A stretch of 64,000 bases of DNA. It comes from Candidatus Kapaibacterium sp. Lineage in GTDB: Bacteria; Bacteroidota; Ignavibacteria; Kapaibacteriales; UBA2268. Shown here one piece after another: positions 47,651 to 57,957 of the stretch. The DNA is taken from positions 3,008,001-3,072,000 of the forward strand of contig OY761611.1 in assembly GCA_963664875.1 (NCBI GenBank), written 5' to 3'. The notes under the pieces were generated by a model that worked only from the letters and a program-made list of their open reading frames with translations, ran no database searches and was not told the DNA's origin. Both the position numbers and the translations under genes were made by a program. Every line of letters starts with the position of its first letter. The first letter of the stretch is position 1.

Positions 47651-48185
47651 ATTTATATTTAAGCCTTGCTAATCTATAAAATTTATATAATAGAGAAAAT
47701 TATTTTAGATGCCAATTGCCTAAGAATTTTAGTCTAAGAAATTGACAAAATTTACAATCACACACATTCATTGCTAACTCAGAAGCATAAACTCTTATAT
47801 TGTGCAATTTGAAACATTAACTTCAATTTTTGCGTAATGTAGTTAGAAATAAGCTTTATAATCCAAACATCGCATAAAGTCCTATTTATATTCACTACTT
47901 TATAGATTACAATCACAACTATGCTTATTTATAGTAGTTATGGAATCTTTTGGAATAGATAAATATTCTATTCCCGGAATACTTTTTATGCTCAAGGGCA
48001 ATTGAGTAAAACACGCTGATTTTACTTGTTTGTCCTCAAAACTAATGTTTTATTGTAAAGCTCTGAATTTTGTGAGAACAGGTAATTTAATACTTTGCTC
48101 TTGCTTGTTAATTTCCTCTTACTTCAATTTTTTAATAGACTACAAAAGCCTATTTTTCTTGTTAAGAAATTATAATCTTAATAAA

Positions 48186-50630
48186 TTATAATTTTAATCT
48201 CTTTGCGTCGAAGATACTTTTACCTACAGTAAAAGCAACTACTGAAACAGAGCTAACAGGCATAAGTATAGCTGCTACAACCGGGCTTAGGTTAGCCGAC
48301 AAGGCAAATGACAAACCTACGATGTTATATAGTATTGATATACCATAACTTAGATAAACTGTTTTCAAACTTTTTCGAGACAATTCATAAAATTTATCAA
48401 GTTTTTCCAAATTATCTGCGTTGAGTATCGCATCTGATTCGGGAGTAAATGAAGATGTGTTTTCCGTAACGGCTATGCCTAAATCAGCAATTTTTAAAGC
48501 ACCGGCATCGTTAAGTCCATCTCCAATCATGATTACTTTTTTGTTACTCTGTTTGAGAGAATCTATATAATTGTACTTGTCATCGGGAAGGTAATTGAAG
48601 AGCATTTCTGATTTTGGAGGCAAAATTCTTTCTAATCTTTCTCTGTCTTTGTCATTATCTCCGGAGACAACGCTAATATCTAATTTCTCAGAAAAATTAG
48701 AAAGTGATTTGGCTATACCCTCTCTGTATTCCGGCACTACAGCAAAGTAGCCGGCAATTTTGCTGTTAAGCGAAATATACACTTGAGTTTCGTTAGAAAT
48801 ATCACTATGTTCATAGCTATATTGATTTCGATTAGTTGCAGTTTTAAACAGCCACGAAAGTTTCCCGATTTTAATGGTATTACCCATATACTCAGCTTCT
48901 ATACCTAATCCGGGTATTTCTTCATAGTTCTGTATTTCAAGGTTTTCTACTTCTTTTAGCTTCATATTTATCATTCTTGAAAGAGGATGGGTTGAGCTTT
49001 TAGTGGCAGCTTTGATAAGTTCCAAATCAGTCTTTGAAAGATTATCTCCATAAAATACTATATCTCCGCCTTCCAGCTTCGTTAGTGTACCCGTTTTGTC
49101 TAATACAAGATGGTTCCCATAGGCAAGCTTCTCAACGATTTTGTCATTTTTCAAAAAGAAGCCGTGTCTGCCAAATATTCTCATTATTGTGCCATAGGTA
49201 AATGGTATCGTAAGAGCTAGTGCACAAGGACAAGCTATAATTAGAACGGCAGTCAATACATCAAGTGCATGAGGCAAACTAAACGGCAACCAACCCAAAA
49301 AGCCTACACTTGCTATAATCACAATCAGAATAGTAAAGTATTTGCCTGCCCAATCTGAAATTGACGAGATGTATCTGTCATTATCATGTTTCGATATCTT
49401 ATTATTCCAAAGTTCAGTGAGGTAACTCTGCTTAAATTCTTTAGTAACTGCTACTTTTATCGCAGCACCTTTTTGTTTGCCACCAGCATAAATTTTATCA
49501 CCGGCAGCCATTCTTACCGGAGTTGATTCTCCGGTAACGAAGCTATAATCTATCATCGCTTCGCCATCTAAAAGTACACTGTCCGCCGGAATAATTTCGT
49601 TGTTTCTTATAAGTAATAAATCACCTTCAACCACATTTTTGACAGGAATATGCTCCTCTCTGTCTGCATTAATTCGTACAACAGAGAGAGGGAAATATGA
49701 TTTAAAGTCTCTATTGAAAGAGAGGGAGTGGTAAGTTTTCTGTTGAAAAACTTTGCCTATCAAAAGAAAAAACACAAGTCCGCTCATGGAATCAAAGAAT
49801 CCCGAACCGGTGTCGGTAAGTATTTCGATTAGAGATCTGATAAATAGTACAAGAATGCCGAGGCTGATAGGCACATCTATGTTCAGATTCCTTAGTTTCA
49901 CACTGTTATATGCAGATTTGAAATAATCAGTAGCTGCGTACAAAACAGGAATACCAAGAGCAATATTTAGCCAACCGATAAAGTTTTTGATATTTAACTC
50001 GAAATACCCACCGGAAAAGTATTCCGGGAAAGACAGCAGCATGATATTGCCAAAGCTAAAGCCTGCCACAGCAAGTTTGATAAATAATGACTTGTTATGA
50101 TTTTGCTGTTTAGGGGCATCTATATCAGCCAAATTGAGCTGAGGTCTATAGCCGATTGATGTTAGAAGCTCAACAATTTTTCTGATTGATGTAGCTTCCT
50201 GAGAAAAGACTATAGAGATTTCTTTTTTGAGGAAATTGACTTTAGATTCGATAATTCCTTTGTCTAATCGGAACAGATTTTCTAAAATCCAAATGCAGGC
50301 ACTGCAATAAACTTCAGGAACATAAAGGATTATTTTTCCGTTGCCGTTGATGGAATATTTGAGAAGTTTCTCTATTATTTCAGGATCATCTAAAAACTCA
50401 AATTCGTTTTTGCCAACTACTTTTGGAGTTATGCCCTGCTCTTTTGACATATCATAAAAGTCCTGCATCCCATTTTCATGCAACAAATCATAAACGAAAA
50501 GGCAACCGGTGCAGCAAAAATAGTTTCCGTTTTTTTCAACTGTATCATCTGGGCAAATTTCGCCGCAATGAGCACAAATCAGCTCTTCCTTTGTGTTGTT
50601 CTCCAAGCCTTCTGCTTTGCCGGTGTCCAT
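48186..50630 (-). CDS. ccoI: P1B-type heavy-metal (Cu) ATPase CcoI/FixI
   Basis: N-terminal CAHCG/FCCTGC, YCSAC, TGES, ACPCAL, DKTGT, GDGLND. Upstream of ccoS-ccoNO. Confidence 0.92.
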   Translation of the reverse strand: MDTGKAEGLENNTKEELICAHCGEICPDDTVEKNGNYFCCTGCLFVYDLLHENGMQDFYDMSKEQGITPKVVGKNEFEFLDDPEIIEKLLKYSINGNGKIILYVPEVYCSACIWILENLFRLDKGIIESKVNFLKKEISIVFSQEATSIRKIVELLTSIGYRPQLNLADIDAPKQQNHNKSLFIKLAVAGFSFGNIMLLSFPEYFSGGYFELNIKNFIGWLNIALGIPVLYAATDYFKSAYNSVKLRNLNIDVPISLGILVLFIRSLIEILTDTGSGFFDSMSGLVFFLLIGKVFQQKTYHSLSFNRDFKSYFPLSVVRINADREEHIPVKNVVEGDLLLIRNNEIIPADSVLLDGEAMIDYSFVTGESTPVRMAAGDKIYAGGKQKGAAIKVAVTKEFKQSYLTELWNNKISKHDNDRYISSISDWAGKYFTILIVIIASVGFLGWLPFSLPHALDVLTAVLIIACPCALALTIPFTYGTIMRIFGRHGFFLKNDKIVEKLAYGNHLVLDKTGTLTKLEGGDIVFYGDNLSKTDLELIKAATKSSTHPLSRMINMKLKEVENLEIQNYEEIPGLGIEAEYMGNTIKIGKLSWLFKTATNRNQYSYEHSDISNETQVYISLNSKIAGYFAVVPEYREGIAKSLSNFSEKLDISVVSGDNDKDRERLERILPPKSEMLFNYLPDDKYNYIDSLKQSNKKVIMIGDGLNDAGALKIADLGIAVTENTSSFTPESDAILNADNLEKLDKFYELSRKSLKTVYLSYGISILYNIVGLSFALSANLSPVVAAILMPVSSVSVVAFTVGKSIFDAKRLKL

Positions 50631-50672
50631 AAAAAAAGTCCCATAAAAGTATTATATGCAGTTATGGGACTT
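50631..50672 (-). terminator. Terminator-like hairpin after glmM, abutting the ccoI start
   Basis: aagtcccataa/ttatgggactt stem with a U-tract on the minus strand ending at the ccoI ATG. Confidence 0.6.
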
Positions 50673-50692
50673 CGGACGAATAATATATGTAT

Positions 50693-52051
50693 TTATTCAA
50701 AGATATTTAACACTTTTTCAGCTAATTCTTTAGCATAATCCATGTTTTCGGCTTCACTAATAACTCTTATAATTGGCTCTGTATTAGAAGCACGCACCTG
50801 TACCCAAGCATTATCGAGAATGATTTTTAAGCCGTCTTCTCTTATTATTTCCTTACCTGCGAAGAGCTCTTCGACTTTAGGCAAGTAATCATTTACATCA
50901 CCTGAAAAAGACTTTTTAAATTTAAGCATTTTATAATCAGGGAATTCAGCAGCAAGCTCACTTAGCGTTTTATTAGTTTCAGCCATCAAAGCAAGTATTA
51001 GTGCTATTCCTACCAAAGAGTCTCTACCGTAGTGTGCTGATGGCAGAATCACACCTCCGCTACCTTCGCCGCCAATTACAGCACCAACCTCTTTCATTTT
51101 CTTTACAACATTGATTTCGCCAACAGCACTCCGTTTGACTTTAGCACCGAACTTTTTGGCTATAAAGTCAGTAAACATAGACGTCGAATGATTGACTACC
51201 ACTTTCTGATTTTTTTTGTCCAAAGTTAGAAGTACTGCATAAGTTGCAAGAGCTATAGTTTTTTCTTCGCCGATTGCTTTGCCGTTTTCATCTATCAGCA
51301 CTAATCTGTCAGCGTCCGGGTCAACAGCAATACCAAGGTCTGCTTCGTTTTCGGGTACTGCTTCTGCCAAATCCACAAGATTTTCGGTAAGCGGTTCTGG
51401 AACGTGAGGAAAAACTCCGCTTGCATCAGCGTACAATTCAATTACTTCGCAAAACATATTATTTAATAGCTGCGGAATAATTATAGAGCCGGATGCATTG
51501 ACCGCATCTAAAACAACTCTAAAGTTTTTTGAGCGAATAGACTCAATCAGTTCATTATCTTTAAGCAATTTATTTTCTAAAATCGCATTTATATGATTTG
51601 AGTTAGCGTCTTCATCTGCTTCAATCAAATTTTCAGTAAAATTGGCAGAGTAAGCAAAGCCTTTGTTTTCAATTGCTTCCCACAATAAGCGGTTTTCGTC
51701 AGCATCTAAAAATACGCCTTCTGAATTAAGGAATTTTAGACCGTTCCATTGTTCGGGATTGTGTGAGGCAGTAATCGCAATACCGCCCGCTGCGTTGCTT
51801 TTTTCGACTTCTAACTGCACAGTAGGAGTAGGTACCATACCCAAAACTCTTACTTTTCTGCCTGCAGCAGCCAAAACGCCCGCAACAATTTGTTCTATCC
51901 AGATACCCGACGGTCTTCCGTCCCTTCCTACTACAATTTCTCCTTCGGGCATAACTTTTGCGAATGCAGAAACGTAATCTATGATTATATTTGGAAGAAG
52001 AGAGTCTCCGATTGTTGCTCTCAAGCCGGAAATCGATCTGATAAGTGGCAT
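50693..52051 (-). CDS. glmM: Phosphoglucosamine mutase / phosphohexomutase
   Basis: Motifs SISGLRA, GRDGR, ITASHNP, DPDADR, GGEGSGG, VRASNTEP. Confidence 0.85.
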   Translation of the reverse strand: MPLIRSISGLRATIGDSLLPNIIIDYVSAFAKVMPEGEIVVGRDGRPSGIWIEQIVAGVLAAAGRKVRVLGMVPTPTVQLEVEKSNAAGGIAITASHNPEQWNGLKFLNSEGVFLDADENRLLWEAIENKGFAYSANFTENLIEADEDANSNHINAILENKLLKDNELIESIRSKNFRVVLDAVNASGSIIIPQLLNNMFCEVIELYADASGVFPHVPEPLTENLVDLAEAVPENEADLGIAVDPDADRLVLIDENGKAIGEEKTIALATYAVLLTLDKKNQKVVVNHSTSMFTDFIAKKFGAKVKRSAVGEINVVKKMKEVGAVIGGEGSGGVILPSAHYGRDSLVGIALILALMAETNKTLSELAAEFPDYKMLKFKKSFSGDVNDYLPKVEELFAGKEIIREDGLKIILDNAWVQVRASNTEPIIRVISEAENMDYAKELAEKVLNIFE

Positions 52052-52152
52052 ATTGATTTTTATATTTTTATTTACAAAGTTTTTTAATTTACTTTGTAAA
52101 TATAAGTAAATAACTTAAGTCTCAAAAGGAATAAGATAAAAAGGAACAAAAA

Positions 52153-52617
52153 ATGAAGAATATTTTGAATAGCGATATATTGCAGTTTGCTCTCAGGTTT
52201 ATTATTGGAATGCTTTTTATAGCTGTTTCTGTTGGCAAAGTAGGCAATCCCGGACTTTTTGCAAATGAAATAGGCAACTATCAGTTGCTTCCTGAATTTT
52301 CATTAAATCTTTTAGCTTTATCTATGGCATGGATAGAGCTGTTTGTGGGAATAATGCTCGTGGCAGGTGTTCGAGTAAAAGCAAATGCTCTATTAGTCAG
52401 CATATTGATGATTGTTTTTAATGTCCTTGTTTTATCTGCGATGATAAGAGGGCTCGATATAAATTGTGGATGTTATTCCAATATCGGCGCTCAAAAAGTA
52501 GGCTGGACAAAAATCATGGAAAATACTGCCACCTTTGCTTTAGCTGCTGTTCTCTATTTTACAAAATCAAATAAATATTCTATGGAATGTTTAGCTCTAA
52601 ATGAGACAAAAGCTTAG
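52153..52617 (+). CDS. MauE/DoxX family membrane protein
   Basis: Motifs NYQLLP, WIELFVG, RGLDINCGC. Confidence 0.88.
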   Translation: MKNILNSDILQFALRFIIGMLFIAVSVGKVGNPGLFANEIGNYQLLPEFSLNLLALSMAWIELFVGIMLVAGVRVKANALLVSILMIVFNVLVLSAMIRGLDINCGCYSNIGAQKVGWTKIMENTATFALAAVLYFTKSNKYSMECLALNETKA

Positions 52618-53323
52618 CCATATACTGCATAGACTTATAAACGGAGCTGAATCTATAATTGCTCCGAGGTATTGCCTTGTGTGTGAGTCTTATATAAGTG
52701 AAGATGCTAAATACAAATATATCTGCAATAAATGCTTAGATGCCTTGCCTTACGCACCTGTGAGTGAGTATCTCAGCAATCGGCTATTGGAAAACTTAAC
52801 TTCAAAGGATATTGCCATCAGCAATGCGTTTGCTTTGTTCCTTTTAGAAGACGAAACCAACTATGCTCGGCTCATTTATAATTTAAAATATTTTGGGATT
52901 GCACAAATTGGTGAAGAGCTCGGCTTACTCCTTGCAAGGAAAATTGAAATTGAATCTGTAAACAGATACGACTTTGTTGTACCTGTTCCTATACACAATG
53001 CCAGGAAACGGGAAAGAGGATACAACCAATCTGACCTTATTGCACAATCAGTGGCATTGCATATCGAATCAGTTTATGCTCCTGATTTGCTGTCAAGAGT
53101 AATCAACACAAGCACTCAGACCAAGTTGAAAGCAGCAGAAAGAAGCAAAAATATCAGCGAAGCACTTTATTTTGACGGCAAATATGATATCGTCGGCAAA
53201 AAGATACTTATAGTTGATGACGTGCTCACTACCGGTTCTACCTTAAACGAATGTGCCCTCCTTTTGCTAAATAACCAAGCACGGTTAGTAGATGTTGCTG
53301 CTCTGGCAAGAAGACAGAAATAA
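52601..53323 (+). CDS. comF: ComF family amidophosphoribosyltransferase-like protein
   Basis: Zn ribbon CLVC/CNKC, VPVPIH...RERGYNQS, LIVDDVLTTGST. Confidence 0.9.
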   Translation: MRQKLSHILHRLINGAESIIAPRYCLVCESYISEDAKYKYICNKCLDALPYAPVSEYLSNRLLENLTSKDIAISNAFALFLLEDETNYARLIYNLKYFGIAQIGEELGLLLARKIEIESVNRYDFVVPVPIHNARKRERGYNQSDLIAQSVALHIESVYAPDLLSRVINTSTQTKLKAAERSKNISEALYFDGKYDIVGKKILIVDDVLTTGSTLNECALLLLNNQARLVDVAALARRQK

Positions 53324-53409
53324 TCAGGGCACAGTTTTGTGCAATTGACATATTAATCCAATTCATCATTCTAATCTTGAATTCGGATGCATGTTTCATG
53401 TCATTTTAT

Positions 53410-55872
53410 CTAATAAGTTTCATACGAAAAATTACATAATACTGATTTGAATGGATTGAACTCTATATCTTCCGGTTCCTGCTCAAATGGTCCAAGTTCA
53501 AATTCAAAACTTTTGCCCTGCATGAGTACTTTTTGCATATAGAAAAGCTCTTTGTCAAATTCAACCTTTATCGGAATTATCATTTTAAAGCTTTCCGGTA
53601 CATCTTCCTGCCTAATTCGACATTTAACTATATACTTTCCGTTTTCAGTTTTTGTAACTGCTGATGCAAATTTATAACTTGGAATATCTGTCCCGTCTAT
53701 CCATTGATCAAAGAACCACTTAAGTGAGTAACCGCAATGCTTCTCCAATAAGACACGCAAATCTTCAGTGGAATACTTTTTATCGCGGAATTGCTTATAG
53801 TAATCTCTTAGTATGCTTTGCAACAAATCTTCATTCATGCCTTTTGTATAGTCTATAAACATATTCCTCAGCATGTGAAAAACGTAAACCGATTTCATCC
53901 CGTTTAGTCTTACCATGCCGTATTTGTATAGATTATCAGCTCGGTAACCTAAAGTGAGTGCTCCCAAATCAGAATAGTTTCTGCCGACTCCGTCTTTGTA
54001 TTTTATTATCTCACTTTCAATCTCGGTAAGTAGTCTGAAAAAACTGCTTTTGTCCTTGAAATAGGTGTGATAATAGACCATGCCGAGATACATTGGCAAT
54101 CCTGTTTCTATCCAGCTGTCTCTGTAGCTTTTTACTCTCATTGAATACATCCACATACTGCTGAGTCTTGCTATATATTCTGAAGTTATTGCCGGGCTTT
54201 TGCGAGTGAAATAGTAGGGAGGAAGTACAAGCATATTTGGGTAGTCAGACGCCAACATAAGCATCCGGTTTGCATCTTCAGCAAATTTTGCCTGTTTATA
54301 CATAGTGTTTCTGTGGATATACTGCAATCGCTCTTCTACCAACTGCATTCTTTCCATTGGATTTGGAACCTGAGTGTAAGGCTTTGCACCTGTAAGTATC
54401 CAATCTCCGGAATTTACAGATTCGTCCGAATCATTTAGCAAACCGGCTAAGGAATCAAGAGCAATGTAATACTGAAGTTCGTATAGTTTAGCAGAGTTAG
54501 AGTTCAAATCTCCCAAAACACGGTTTAAAAAAGCACTTCCATTTTCAAAATTTTCTATAACCTCATCTACAAAATTTACATTCTTATGGTTTATGACTAC
54601 TTCCTTAGGATTGTTTTCCAATGAGAGTACTTTTTCTTTATAATTCCATAGCATAATACCAATAGCATTCAATGGTGCCGGATATTCCCATTTTGTTGTT
54701 CTTTTAGAGAGTAACCTGTCCTCGGTTTGCTCCGATAGCTCTCCGAATGCGTGCAGTTCCTTTGTCAAATCTGCAGACGCAGTCAAACTAAAATTTAACA
54801 ATTCATCTTTTGAATAAATCGGATAAAGATTATAGCCTGAGATAAAAGATCTGTTTCTCATTGCTGCGTTGATTTTGACAGTAATACTTTTTGTATCACC
54901 TTTACGTAGTTTATCGTCAAATCTAAGCCAGAAAACCTTGCGGAAAGGGTAGTCTGTATAGTAAAACTGCATAGGATTGCCATTTTCGTCCTTAACATAT
55001 TCAATATCTACAAAATCGAATAACTCGAGTCTAAGCCAGTGAAGGTCTTGCACTACTTCAAAAGTATATGTGCTTGTAGAGCTGTAGCTTGTGGTCGAAG
55101 TCATTTCAAAGTTAATATCATACGATAGTCCCTTTATAATCTGAGATTTCTTTTCAGCTCGAATATCCGAATCCAAAAGCAGATCCGCTGAGCTTTCAAA
55201 TTCCAAAAAACTTGTGATTCTGTCGAAATCGTCAGACATCCCCTCTTCTGCTATAAAGAGTTTGTTTTCTTCCATGGAGTATGGGTCGTATATCCAAACA
55301 AAGTGGTTCTTATTTTGTCTGAAAAATTGGGCATAGAAAAAACCACTTGTGTCATCTTCTAGTAAACTGTAAGCTATTCCTTCGTAGATTTCTTTTGTCT
55401 TATTGTGCATAAAATGCTTATATGTGTCATAATAGATTCTATCTATACTACTTATCTCTGAGTAATGACTAACTTTAGAGCCGCTCTGTGATACAAAGTC
55501 ATAAAAATCGTCATCGAATACAAAGGAGGCTTCTTTGAAAGAAGATTGGAGCGTATCTGTATCATAAGAGCGACGAAGATTTTGAATCTCCGGAGCAATA
55601 GTCGGAGTAAACCTGAAATACCCAATGCCTATAAAGATTGCGAAATGCTTTTTACCACCAAAATCATTAAGAAAACATACATATCCGCTATCAAGATACA
55701 TTTCTCCTGCATCTTTAGTATATTCCAGATTGTTAACATAATACACTTCTGAGGAGTTAGGGGTCAGCTCTTGAATACTCTGATAAAACTGTCCGTAATC
55801 CTTGAATGAATTAGCTGTCAAACCACTAAAACTTATCAGAACAAAGGCAACAATAAGAATAAATCTAAACAT
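53410..55872 (-). CDS. Secreted M1 aminopeptidase-like protein lacking the zinc ligands
   Basis: M1 C-terminal motifs KSVYVFHMLR, LRDYYKQF, STEDLR..LEK, LKWFFDQW. The HExxH position reads ARLSS and WLxEG reads WIETG. Confidence 0.75.
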   Translation of the reverse strand: MFRFILIVAFVLISFSGLTANSFKDYGQFYQSIQELTPNSSEVYYVNNLEYTKDAGEMYLDSGYVCFLNDFGGKKHFAIFIGIGYFRFTPTIAPEIQNLRRSYDTDTLQSSFKEASFVFDDDFYDFVSQSGSKVSHYSEISSIDRIYYDTYKHFMHNKTKEIYEGIAYSLLEDDTSGFFYAQFFRQNKNHFVWIYDPYSMEENKLFIAEEGMSDDFDRITSFLEFESSADLLLDSDIRAEKKSQIIKGLSYDINFEMTSTTSYSSTSTYTFEVVQDLHWLRLELFDFVDIEYVKDENGNPMQFYYTDYPFRKVFWLRFDDKLRKGDTKSITVKINAAMRNRSFISGYNLYPIYSKDELLNFSLTASADLTKELHAFGELSEQTEDRLLSKRTTKWEYPAPLNAIGIMLWNYKEKVLSLENNPKEVVINHKNVNFVDEVIENFENGSAFLNRVLGDLNSNSAKLYELQYYIALDSLAGLLNDSDESVNSGDWILTGAKPYTQVPNPMERMQLVEERLQYIHRNTMYKQAKFAEDANRMLMLASDYPNMLVLPPYYFTRKSPAITSEYIARLSSMWMYSMRVKSYRDSWIETGLPMYLGMVYYHTYFKDKSSFFRLLTEIESEIIKYKDGVGRNYSDLGALTLGYRADNLYKYGMVRLNGMKSVYVFHMLRNMFIDYTKGMNEDLLQSILRDYYKQFRDKKYSTEDLRVLLEKHCGYSLKWFFDQWIDGTDIPSYKFASAVTKTENGKYIVKCRIRQEDVPESFKMIIPIKVEFDKELFYMQKVLMQGKSFEFELGPFEQEPEDIEFNPFKSVLCNFSYETY

Positions 55873-55946
55873 TTCAATCCACCTTCCGAAAAATTCCTGA
55901 CTTCTATATAGTAATGAATAATTAGGCTGTTAATTGTAAAACTTTT

Positions 55947-56774
55947 TTATCGACAGACTACTATTTGGCAGGTCTGCCTATTTTTTTTGCCCTCGAACAA
56001 AATAAACAAAATGCCGTTTGGCAGCCTACTTATGTCAATATTGTTTGGAGAGTCATAACTAAAGATATAATTTTCTTCTTTTAGACATTCTCCATTTGGA
56101 GTATAAAACGAAATTCTTGTAGTCTCCAAATTGGTATTGTCTATATTCGTAAAGATACTTAATTGTTCTCCTGCAGCATCCATTGCAATCCGAATATTTG
56201 AAACAAATTCTTCTTTTACTCTAACTGATTTATCAAACCAAAAAGTGTAATATTCTTTTGGAGCAACCAAAGGGTTGTAAATAGTCATTTCTTTTCCCCC
56301 AAACTCATTTACTACAGACATCTTCCCTTCCAGAAAGTATTCGTAAGCATCATTTATGTCTAAATCTAAGACATCATAAACTAACTCATAATAATTAGAG
56401 TGGATATTAGGAAGTTTTGTTGAAGAAAAACTACGATCACCTTTTTTTCGGAAGTATAATACAATCTTTATTTCTTCCAATTGCTGACTTGTTATCAAAG
56501 TTGCTCCAAAAACTATAGTACCTTCGTACTTAATCTCACCCTGATAATTTTTATGGACTATATTCAATGGATAAAGCTGGATATTTGCACTGAAAGATAT
56601 TGATATTTCATCGTCTGAAATTGCTGTTTCAGTCAGGCAGACACTGTTTTGAAATGTAGCATTGAAGCAGGAATTTTCATCTTGCAAAATATGATAATCT
56701 AAAGTTTCTGCATTGATTAGTGAAATTACAATAAAAAATAGTGGAATCAGGATTGCAAAATGGGAAAATTTCAT
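55947..56774 (-). CDS. Secreted hypothetical protein with a degenerate T9SS-CTD-like tail
   Basis: Signal peptide from ATG 56774. C-terminal FYTPNGE...IDISRLPNGILFI. Confidence 0.7.
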   Translation of the reverse strand: MKFSHFAILIPLFFIVISLINAETLDYHILQDENSCFNATFQNSVCLTETAISDDEISISFSANIQLYPLNIVHKNYQGEIKYEGTIVFGATLITSQQLEEIKIVLYFRKKGDRSFSSTKLPNIHSNYYELVYDVLDLDINDAYEYFLEGKMSVVNEFGGKEMTIYNPLVAPKEYYTFWFDKSVRVKEEFVSNIRIAMDAAGEQLSIFTNIDNTNLETTRISFYTPNGECLKEENYIFSYDSPNNIDISRLPNGILFILFEGKKNRQTCQIVVCR

Positions 56775-57017
56775 ATTATAGCCCCAAATTATGAATTGTA
56801 CCTTCCTATAAGTAATACAAATCACACTGTAAATGGTTACATTATTTTTGTTTTTTTATTGAGAAGAATTATTTTCAAGGCTTGAATCATGCTTCATTAT
56901 TGAGTGTGTGGCTTTTTCTGCTCATTGTTTTGGGAATTAATCAGTAGCACGAGAAACAAAAACCGTCATTATTTCGTATTTTGAATATGTAAACAATAAC
57001 AAAATGGAAAAACTTAT

Positions 57018-57812
57018 ATGAGTTTAGGAAAAAAAGCCGGGTTCATTGCTGTTCTATTTCTTCTATTTATCTGGTATCCATCTGAAGCAGGAAGAAATTC
57101 CGAGATATTTGTTGCTGATGCATATTATGAATACGAGGTTTCCTTTTTCGGATTGCCACTTGGTAGCATAAAAATTACCACAGGAGGTATTGAGCAGAAA
57201 AACGGAAAAGAAGCATTGTACGCCAAAGCACAAATGGATAGCTACTCCGGAATTCCCTATGTAGATTTGCATGCTACATTCGAAAGTTGGATGGCTCCAA
57301 ATGCAACACATTCTTATATGTTTAACGGCAATATGAAAATGGAAGACGATAAATGGCAATATAATAATATCATCTTTGACCACGATAAAAATGAAATTCG
57401 CTCAACTATCTGGGAAAATAAACTATTAGTAAGCAGAGATACCTTCTCTACGACTAAAAAATTTAGCGATGGTGCTTCTTTGCTATATCTCTCCCGCTCT
57501 TTCCTTGAATTAGGCAAAACAGCTCATGTACCTACTTTTATAAACAATCAGCTTGTGAATACAAAAATCAATTTTCAGAAGAAACAGGAAAAAATTGAGC
57601 TTGATGCTGTCAAAGGTGAAGTTAAAGCCTTGTACCTTGACGGAAAAGCTGATTGGGAAGGTGTTTATGGGCTATCCGGTTCTTTCGAAGGCTGGTTTTC
57701 TGATGACGAAGCACATATCCCACTTAAGGCATATATGAAAGTCTATGTCGGAAAAGTAAAAATCGAATTAGTCAAATGGAAAAGACCCGGCTGGAATCCA
57801 CCGAAAGCATAG
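57018..57812 (+). CDS. DUF3108 domain protein
   Basis: Motifs YEVSFFGLPLG and GWFSDDEAHIPLKAYMKVYVGKVKIEL. Confidence 0.8.
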   Translation: MSLGKKAGFIAVLFLLFIWYPSEAGRNSEIFVADAYYEYEVSFFGLPLGSIKITTGGIEQKNGKEALYAKAQMDSYSGIPYVDLHATFESWMAPNATHSYMFNGNMKMEDDKWQYNNIIFDHDKNEIRSTIWENKLLVSRDTFSTTKKFSDGASLLYLSRSFLELGKTAHVPTFINNQLVNTKINFQKKQEKIELDAVKGEVKALYLDGKADWEGVYGLSGSFEGWFSDDEAHIPLKAYMKVYVGKVKIELVKWKRPGWNPPKA

Positions 57813-57883
57813 TTAGATATTGTTATTAGCTATGATAACTTATATGTCAATATCCGCTATCTTTTTCAAAAAAAGATTCGTAT

Positions 57884-57931
57884 AAAAAAGTAGTAGCCTG
57901 TAATTAAACAATATTTACAGGCTACCTTTTT
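57884..57931. terminator. Bidirectional terminator
   Basis: gtagcctgtaa/ttacaggctac between convergent genes, flanked by A and T runs. Confidence 0.75.
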
Positions 57932-57957
57932 ATGTGCATACCAAACCCAACTTAGGA

